Positions 48,208 through 54,378 of a DNA stretch of 54,378 nucleotides are shown in pieces. This DNA comes from an uncultured Methanosarcinales archaeon (GTDB taxonomy: Archaea; Nanobdellota; Nanobdellia; Woesearchaeales; CAZPJY01): the NCBI GenBank assembly GCA_964587045.1, contig CAZPJY010000008.1, positions 1 to 54,378 on the forward strand, in the 5' to 3' direction. Numbering within the stretch: the stretch's first letter is position 1; every line of letters begins with the position of its first letter. The notes under the pieces were generated by a model, which made no database searches, was not told where the DNA came from, and was given only the letters and a program-made list of their open reading frames with translations. Made by a program: the position numbers and the translations under genes.

Positions 48208-48866
48208 CCGGGCTTTATAATCCCGACGAGGAAGTACGCCAGCTTGTCAGCCGCCCTCACGACATCATCTTCAGTCTTGCCGGTAACGCTGACGCAATAG
48301 GGGTATTGTTTCGAGCTCTTCACGGAAGTCTCATTGCTGACGTAGAACTGCAGGACAACATCATCAGGGTCTGAGTCCGCGCAGGTGACGACTGAGATGT
48401 TATCCGCCCCTTCAAGAGCCCTCGTGAAGGTGCCTTCAGTTGCTTTGTTGAGCATGTTGTACTTGGTACCAATGATCCTGCCTACTTCTATTGAGGCGAG
48501 AACCATCTTTGAAGAGGCTTCAGGGTCCATTGTAAAATACACGCGCTGGGAATTGTAGATTTTCCCTAATAACGCCAGTTCGGTGGGTATGTTTTGGACG
48601 TTCCTGGGATCGTAGGCCATAGGTAGGGTGTAGAGGTCCCCGCCCTTCTGTATCTGGGTGAACCAAAGAGGCCCTTCCTTGACGATGGCGTACCCATTGT
48701 AGATGTAGTGGTTTGCATCCTCCTTGCCCTCGAGCGTGGCTTGGAAGATGTCGTTTGGCCCGCTCTTGTTAAACATCTGTGGAACCAGGAAGATCAAGAT
48801 CAGCACTACAACGATAACTCCAAAAGCTATTAACATGTTGCGCTGCATATTGTCCTTATTTGCCAT
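48204..48866 (-). CDS. Membrane-anchored hypothetical protein (paralog of 48875-49501)
   Basis: N-terminal TM; YNGY, VYFTMDP, VTC, RAADKLAYFLVGII. Confidence 0.8.
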   Translation of the reverse strand: MANKDNMQRNMLIAFGVIVVVLILIFLVPQMFNKSGPNDIFQATLEGKEDANHYIYNGYAIVKEGPLWFTQIQKGGDLYTLPMAYDPRNVQNIPTELALLGKIYNSQRVYFTMDPEASSKMVLASIEVGRIIGTKYNMLNKATEGTFTRALEGADNISVVTCADSDPDDVVLQFYVSNETSVKSSKQYPYCVSVTGKTEDDVVRAADKLAYFLVGIIKPG

Positions 48867-48874
48867 ATTCTCAC

Positions 48875-49501
48875 CTAAACCATTATACCAAGGTATGTGT
48901 AGAGTATCCTATCCCTCATGCGCCAGAGGTCGTTGCCCGAGCTCACGCTCATGACTATGCACTGCCCGTCCAGCAGCATGCTGGTCTCATTTGACTCCAC
49001 TGCGTAAATGACCGGCACCATCCCTCCTGCGTCTTGGCATGTGACAATGGGCAGGTCATATGAGATCTCCCTTCCCTTATAGTCCACCACAGTCTCATTG
49101 GTGGTGACTGCGCTAACGAACTGGATGCCGTACTTGGCCGGGATGGTCGTGTCGAATTGAAGGCGTAACAGGTCCAAGTAGGAAGAGTCCTTCCAACCCG
49201 GGTCGAAAGTGAAGTACACGATGGGCGATGTGATTATCTTAGCCAGTGCCTGGGGGCTGACGTTGAGATTCTCGAGCTCGGTAGGATGGTAGTCGAATGT
49301 GTAAGTTTGGCCGTCCACCTTGACCTGCCACCTGTTGTTGACCAGTGAGAAGTCGTACCCGTTGTACTCGAGCCTCCCGCTCTCGTCGCTGTTCCTGTTG
49401 CTGATAATACCCAGGATGCTGCTCACCATCAAGAACACTATCAGACCGGTTATCAGCGTCTTTGGGCTGATCTTTTTCCTCTTGGACTTCTGGAGTGGCA
49501 T
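48875..49501 (-). CDS. Membrane-anchored hypothetical protein (paralog of 48204-48866)
   Basis: N-terminal TM; YNGY, VYFTFDP, VTC, RMRDRILYTYLGIM. Confidence 0.8.
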   Translation of the reverse strand: MPLQKSKRKKISPKTLITGLIVFLMVSSILGIISNRNSDESGRLEYNGYDFSLVNNRWQVKVDGQTYTFDYHPTELENLNVSPQALAKIITSPIVYFTFDPGWKDSSYLDLLRLQFDTTIPAKYGIQFVSAVTTNETVVDYKGREISYDLPIVTCQDAGGMVPVIYAVESNETSMLLDGQCIVMSVSSGNDLWRMRDRILYTYLGIMV

Positions 49502-49583
49502 GACGTGTCAGAACATGTAAGGAATATAAAAACGTTTGCGCAGAGAGAAACTTTTTTAAATATCCCCACGTGACATAGTCCAG

Positions 49584-49805
49584 ATGGTCAAAAAGTGTAT
49601 AATCTGCGGCAAGGAGGCCGTATTTACAGTGAAAGGCTCCAGCGAGTACTATTGCGATGAGTGCGCTCACGAAAGTTTCTCTGACATCACACTCCTGCAA
49701 AGGGTCGAGGATGAGGCAAGAGCGCTTAAGGAGGCCTTATTCTCCGACTACGAGGCGGTTGACGAATCCCATCCTAAAGAGCGCGATTCTGAAAAGAAGC
49801 CTTGA
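49584..49805 (+). CDS. Small Zn-finger protein (73 aa)
   Basis: CIICG...YYCDECA; TTTTAAATA box upstream. Confidence 0.75.
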   Translation: MVKKCIICGKEAVFTVKGSSEYYCDECAHESFSDITLLQRVEDEARALKEALFSDYEAVDESHPKERDSEKKP

Positions 49806-50323
49806 CAGGAACTGGTCCTTCATTCTCCTGTAATCCACCACCTCCCATCCGAAGAGGTAAGGGTCGAACGCGTCCTGCTTTGAGTGGATGACCCTATCAA
49901 CAGAGTCGACGATTATGATTCCTGCCTCCACATCTGCTATGCAGGTCCTTTTGGGTAGCACGTCCTGACCGCTTATGAGGTCTTCTACCACCTCCTGTGC
50001 CTTCCTCCAATGCATGACTGAAGAGCCACACCCATTTTCGGTTCTTGTGCCAACGGTTACTAATGACATGGAGGAAGCTCTAGGCCATGCATTGATATCC
50101 CTTTCCGCCAAAGTCCCGGAAGGCTCACGATTTGAAGTTATAGAAAACCGTTGCATCCATGAACAGCGAGGTCATTAATCCAAGGTAAACCTTGTCATCA
50201 TGTACCCTGGTAGAATTGGAGGGCCTTTATTATGTTGGTGATCCCCCACCAAAAGAGGAGACCAGCAAGTCCGAGGCATACCCAGTTCCACTTGTCCCCC
50301 CAATCTATGTCGAAAAAGCCCAT
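49737..50323 (-). pseudogene. Possible degraded gene
   Basis: ATG at 50323 (MGFFDIDW...) is in frame with ORF 49737-50156 but interrupted by TAA TGA; TTTAAA box upstream. Confidence 0.3.
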
Positions 50324-50419
50324 GCATAGCATCCTGAATTTAGCGTTTAAATACTTTTCTTTTTCAGGTAAAGCATTATCACCTTTTCATAACATTTATA
50401 TACTAAAACATTTTACATT

Positions 50420-50453
50420 TTCAGAAAATATTGAATATTCAGTTTATATCGAA
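50420..50453 (+). promoter_or_regulatory. Tandem imperfect palindromes, putative operator of the GbsR-like regulator
   Basis: TTCAG-N6-TTGAA (50420-50435) and TTCAG-N6-TCGAA (50438-50453), between TTTATATA (about 50395) and the ATG. Confidence 0.55.
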
Positions 50454-50454
50454 A

Positions 50455-50928
50455 ATGGTGACCTTCGAAGATGAATTCCTGGATTTCTTCATCCAAGTAT
50501 TCAGGAATTTCGGCCTTGACACCTTGGGGGCCAAGCTCATAGGAGCACTGTTCCTTGAGCCTGGCGAGCTTTCGCTCGACGAGCTTTCCAATAGGACGGG
50601 ATACTCATTGGCGTCAGTCTCCAGCAAGCTGAAATCCTTTGAGAGCCTGGGCCTGATCAAGAGGCTCAAGAAGCCTGGCTCAAAGAAGATATACTATTAC
50701 ATGGACAGCGATGTCACAGTCATCATGAGGAACAAGTTCCGAGCGTTCAACAACCTCTATTTTGAGCCAGCCAAGAAGGTTTTGCCGACACTGATTGAGC
50801 GCAACAAGAACAAAAACCTGACTCCGCTCGAGAGGAAAAAGCTTCAAATAATCATTGACTACTATGCACAGATTAAGAAGATCGAACGTCTTATGTCAGA
50901 GATGAGTGCGAAACTCGAGAAGATGTGA
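50455..50928 (+). CDS. GbsR/MarR-family transcriptional regulator
   Basis: FGL...AKLIGAL, LSLDEL...TGYSLASVS..LK.F, KKPGSKKIYY winged HTH. Confidence 0.85.
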   Translation: MVTFEDEFLDFFIQVFRNFGLDTLGAKLIGALFLEPGELSLDELSNRTGYSLASVSSKLKSFESLGLIKRLKKPGSKKIYYYMDSDVTVIMRNKFRAFNNLYFEPAKKVLPTLIERNKNKNLTPLERKKLQIIIDYYAQIKKIERLMSEMSAKLEKM

Positions 50929-50933
50929 TACCA

Positions 50934-51743
50934 ATGGCTAAGAAACTCATAGAGCTCAAAGATGTATGGAAGATCTACACCATGGGAACAGTCAAGGTGG
51001 AGGCCTTGAGGGGACTTACATTGACTGTCAACAAGGGCGAGTTCGTCTCCATCATGGGACCCAGCGGATCGGGCAAGAGTACGGCCGTGAACATGGTAGG
51101 TTGCCTCGACCTGCCGACGAGAGGGCACATACTGCTTGAAGGGGATGACATCGCTGAGATGGAAGAATCTGACCTCGCGCAGATCAGGGGGAAGAAGATA
51201 GGTTTCATATTCCAGACCTTCAACCTCATATCAACGCTTTCGGCGCTGGAGAACGTCATGCTTCCAATGACCTTCCAAGGCTACTCCTATGAGGAGAGGC
51301 TGCATCGAGCGCAGGACCTCCTGTCTTTGGTTGAGCTAAAGGACAGGATGGACCACAAGCCCAACGAGCTCTCCGGTGGCCAGCAACAGAGGGTGGCCAT
51401 CGCTCGCGCGCTTGCAAACGACCCTGATATCATCCTTGCTGACGAGCCCACTGGCAATCTCGACACCAAGACAGGAGTCATAGTCATGGAGTTCCTGAAG
51501 AAACTCCATAAGGAGCAGGGCAAGACCATCATAATGGTCACCCACAACCCCGATCTCATATTATACTCAGACAGAGTCGAGTTGCTCAAGGACGGAAAGA
51601 TCATACCGGAATTCAGTTGCCTGACATCTGATCCTGATTGTGTTAACAAAGTCAACCGTGGTCTTCGTACGACTGCTGAAGTTGACAGAACCCCTCCTAA
51701 GAGGGACCCCAAAGACAAAATGGGTTTGAGGTGGAAAGAATGA
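50934..51743 (+). CDS. ABC transporter ATP-binding protein (LolD/MacB type)
   Basis: GPSGSGKST, LSGGQQQR, ILADEPTGNLD, VTH. Confidence 0.95.
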   Translation: MAKKLIELKDVWKIYTMGTVKVEALRGLTLTVNKGEFVSIMGPSGSGKSTAVNMVGCLDLPTRGHILLEGDDIAEMEESDLAQIRGKKIGFIFQTFNLISTLSALENVMLPMTFQGYSYEERLHRAQDLLSLVELKDRMDHKPNELSGGQQQRVAIARALANDPDIILADEPTGNLDTKTGVIVMEFLKKLHKEQGKTIIMVTHNPDLILYSDRVELLKDGKIIPEFSCLTSDPDCVNKVNRGLRTTAEVDRTPPKRDPKDKMGLRWKE

Positions 51744-52969
51744 AAAGAGTATTATGGATTGCACTGGTAATCATGCTTCTGAGCATGGGGCTTGTACAGG
51801 CCGCTTCGAACATACGCGTTACGCTGCTGAACCAAGACCCTGATCCTGTCGAGCCGGGAGATTATGTCGACGTCAGGGTTAAAATTGAGAATTCAGGGAT
51901 AGACCTGGCGCAGGACGTGAGGGTACGCTTCGAGCCAGCCTACCCCTTCACCCTTGAGACAGGCACGTCCGAACGCTTCCTCGGGACCATGCGCGGCTAT
52001 CAGACCGGAGAGGAGGCTGCGATTGAGCGGTTTCGCCTACGCGTCGACACCAACGCCATCGACGGCGACAACGACATCACCTTCAGCTATCACACACTGA
52101 AATCAGGATGGGTAGAGCTCCAGCCCTTCACTGTTCATATTGACAGGGATGAGACCCTCCTTATGGTGGACAACGTGATCTCACAACCCCATGTTGTCAT
52201 CTCAGGCGACGAAGTGCAGGTCACCATCAAGGTGTCCAACCTTGGCACCCTCGATCTCAAAGACTTGAGGTTCGGACTCGACTTCACGGGCCTACCCTTC
52301 TCCCCTATCGGTTCGACCAACGTGAAGACATTCAAGAGTCTCGACGCGGGCCAGAGCGCAACTGTCACATACACACTCATCTCTGACTATGATGCTATAC
52401 CAGGCATATACAGGGTGCCGTTCAGCATCATCTACACTGATGAGAACAACAATGAGGGCACGATAACGACAGTCATAACACTCATCGTAGGCGACGTTCC
52501 GTCACTCGCAGTGACACTTGAGGATGCTAGCTCCCAGCAGCCGGGCACGCAGTCGGATGTGAGCTTCAAGTTCGTGAACCAGGGTCTCAACACCCTCAGG
52601 TTCCTCAATGTCAAGCTCACACCTGGTGAGGGCTACCGCCTTCTCAGCACGGCCGAGGACTACATAGGGAACATAGATTCTGACGACTACGAGACCGCAG
52701 ATTACACCATCTACATCGAGCCCACAACGACAGGGAAGATTCTCTTCCCCTTGAGTTATACTTATCAGGGGCAGGACAATCAGGAATATAACGGGAACGT
52801 AGAGCTTGAGCTCCCCCTCTATACCCTAGAGGAGGCGACACAGCTCGGGCTCGTGAAAGGCAACGGCTCGTTGACCTGGATTTACGTGATCATCGTGGTT
52901 GTGGTTGGCTTCATCGGCTACAGGATGTGGCGCAAGCGCAAGACCAAGAAGATTCTCAATAAGGGATAA
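51740..52969 (+). CDS. COG1361-type S-layer/Ig-like domain protein
   Basis: Signal peptide; QDPDPVEPG, YIGNIDSDDYET; C-terminal TM with basic tail. Confidence 0.85.
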   Translation: MKRVLWIALVIMLLSMGLVQAASNIRVTLLNQDPDPVEPGDYVDVRVKIENSGIDLAQDVRVRFEPAYPFTLETGTSERFLGTMRGYQTGEEAAIERFRLRVDTNAIDGDNDITFSYHTLKSGWVELQPFTVHIDRDETLLMVDNVISQPHVVISGDEVQVTIKVSNLGTLDLKDLRFGLDFTGLPFSPIGSTNVKTFKSLDAGQSATVTYTLISDYDAIPGIYRVPFSIIYTDENNNEGTITTVITLIVGDVPSLAVTLEDASSQQPGTQSDVSFKFVNQGLNTLRFLNVKLTPGEGYRLLSTAEDYIGNIDSDDYETADYTIYIEPTTTGKILFPLSYTYQGQDNQEYNGNVELELPLYTLEEATQLGLVKGNGSLTWIYVIIVVVVGFIGYRMWRKRKTKKILNKG

Positions 52970-52972
52970 GAT

Positions 52973-54196
52973 ATGCTGGGCGATTACCTCAAATACGCCG
53001 TGAACGCCATCACACGACGCGGGACCCGATCCTGGCTGACTATGATAGGCATCTTCATAGGCATAGCCGCGGTGGTCGCCCTCGTATCGCTTTCGCAGGG
53101 CCTCCAAGAGGCCATCAACAACGAGTTCACCAAGGTTGGCGCGGATAGGGTCATAATCACACCTGGAGGCGCGAACTTCGGCCCAGTCGCTTCGAGCGCC
53201 ATCACCACTGCGAAATTCTATCAGGTGGATGTCAATGTCGTCCGGAAGGTCCCTGGTGTCCAGTACGCCGCAGGATTCTACACGACCATCGCCACAAAAG
53301 TGGAGTACCGTGGCGAGGTCAAGTACGTCTCAATGTTCGGGCAGCCCACTGACTCCGAGAGCCTTAAGCTCATCGACACTGTGAGTTTCCTCGATATCAT
53401 GAATGGACGTGGTCTCCGGTCGGGGGACGGCAATAGGGTCGTCCTGGGTTACCTAATCGCGACTGACACCTTCAATAAGAATCCGCAGGTTGGAGACAAG
53501 CTGTTCATCGAGGAACAACCTTTCACCATCATAGGAATCCAGGAGAAGGCCGGAACAGGAGTGCATGATATCATCATTAGGATTCCCATCGAGAAGGCAT
53601 GGGAACTGCAGAACATCACAACCGGTGAGGTGTCTACCATTATGGTCAAGACCAGTTCGGGCTTCGATCCTGCTGTCGTTGCCGATGACATCACGAAGGC
53701 CCTCGACCGGTCCCGGGGACTCAAAGCTGGTGAGGAGGATTTCACTGCCCAGACCTCGCAGCAGGCAATCGACACGCTCAACAACATACTCAATGTGATG
53801 CAGTTCTTCCTGGTCGGCATCGCAAGCATATCCCTCATTGTGGGTGGCGTCGGCATAATGAACACGATGTATACGGCCGTCCTCGAGCGGACGAGGGAGA
53901 TTGGTGTGATGAAAGCTGTAGGCGCGAGGAATTCCCACGTGCTTACCATATTCCTCATCGAATCGGGCCTCCTGGGCCTCGTCGGTGGGGTTATAGGCGT
54001 GATACTCGGCTACGCCATCAGCAAGGGTGTGCAGTTCGCAACTGACCTCATGAAGGTAGCAGAACTCAACGTGTCGTACTCCCCATACATAATCTTCGGC
54101 GCTCTGGGCTTCTCGTTCGTCGTTGGTTCGCTCAGCGGTGTCCTTCCTGCCATACAGGCCATGAGACTCAAACCAGTGGATGCGCTCAGAAAATGA
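52973..54196 (+). CDS. ABC transporter permease (MacB/FtsX)
   Basis: RSWLTMIGIFIGIA, GIMNTMYTAVLERTREIG, PVDALR. Confidence 0.95.
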   Translation: MLGDYLKYAVNAITRRGTRSWLTMIGIFIGIAAVVALVSLSQGLQEAINNEFTKVGADRVIITPGGANFGPVASSAITTAKFYQVDVNVVRKVPGVQYAAGFYTTIATKVEYRGEVKYVSMFGQPTDSESLKLIDTVSFLDIMNGRGLRSGDGNRVVLGYLIATDTFNKNPQVGDKLFIEEQPFTIIGIQEKAGTGVHDIIIRIPIEKAWELQNITTGEVSTIMVKTSSGFDPAVVADDITKALDRSRGLKAGEEDFTAQTSQQAIDTLNNILNVMQFFLVGIASISLIVGGVGIMNTMYTAVLERTREIGVMKAVGARNSHVLTIFLIESGLLGLVGGVIGVILGYAISKGVQFATDLMKVAELNVSYSPYIIFGALGFSFVVGSLSGVLPAIQAMRLKPVDALRK

Positions 54197-54378
54197 TATT
54201 AGACTACATACGGTTCGCACTATCGAACTTCAAGGCGAGGAAGATGCGCTCAGTCCTTACCATGATAGGTATATTCATAGGCATTGCAGCAGTGGTCTCG
54301 CTCGTGGCCTTGGGACAGGGACTGCAGGCGTCGATAGCGGGACAGTTCGAGGCGATGGGGGTTCCCAAGATCATCGTC
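54193..54378 (+). CDS. Second MacB/FtsX permease, truncated by window end
   Basis: MILDYIRFALSNFKARKMRSVLTMIGIFIGIAAVVSLVALGQG; ATGA overlap with the first permease. Confidence 0.9.
   Translation, partial: MILDYIRFALSNFKARKMRSVLTMIGIFIGIAAVVSLVALGQGLQASIAGQFEAMGVPKIIV

Overview
Gene-dense archaeal chromosome segment. GatDE, topoisomerase VI, archaeal-type DnaG, NucS, TrmI, BHB-type tRNA introns and TATA promoters are archaeal hallmarks. The compact layout and small conserved hypotheticals suggest a DPANN archaeon, probably Woesearchaeota (inference). I see about 60 CDS and four tRNAs: Arg-CCT, Thr-TGT with a 46-nt intron, Arg-TCT, and Cys-GCA with a 54-nt intron. There is a 100-N scaffold gap that looks artefactual, and no CRISPR array, integrase or transposase. 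Most notable: (1) a ~340-nt, extensively self-complementary non-coding region between a TATA box and the dnaG Shine-Dalgarno, a candidate new ncRNA or cis-regulatory leader; (2) a coupled PlsB-like acyltransferase plus divergent GpsA-like gene pair, i.e. bacterial-type G3P lipid enzymes in an archaeon; (3) bacterial HflK/HflC with no FtsH in the window; (4) a membrane-protein gene whose TTG start directly abuts a tRNA 3' end; (5) a DUF6384-like plus Gly-tailed coiled-coil pair; (6) two orphan genes built from a repeated unknown domain. All family calls are from motif recognition by eye; no searches were run.
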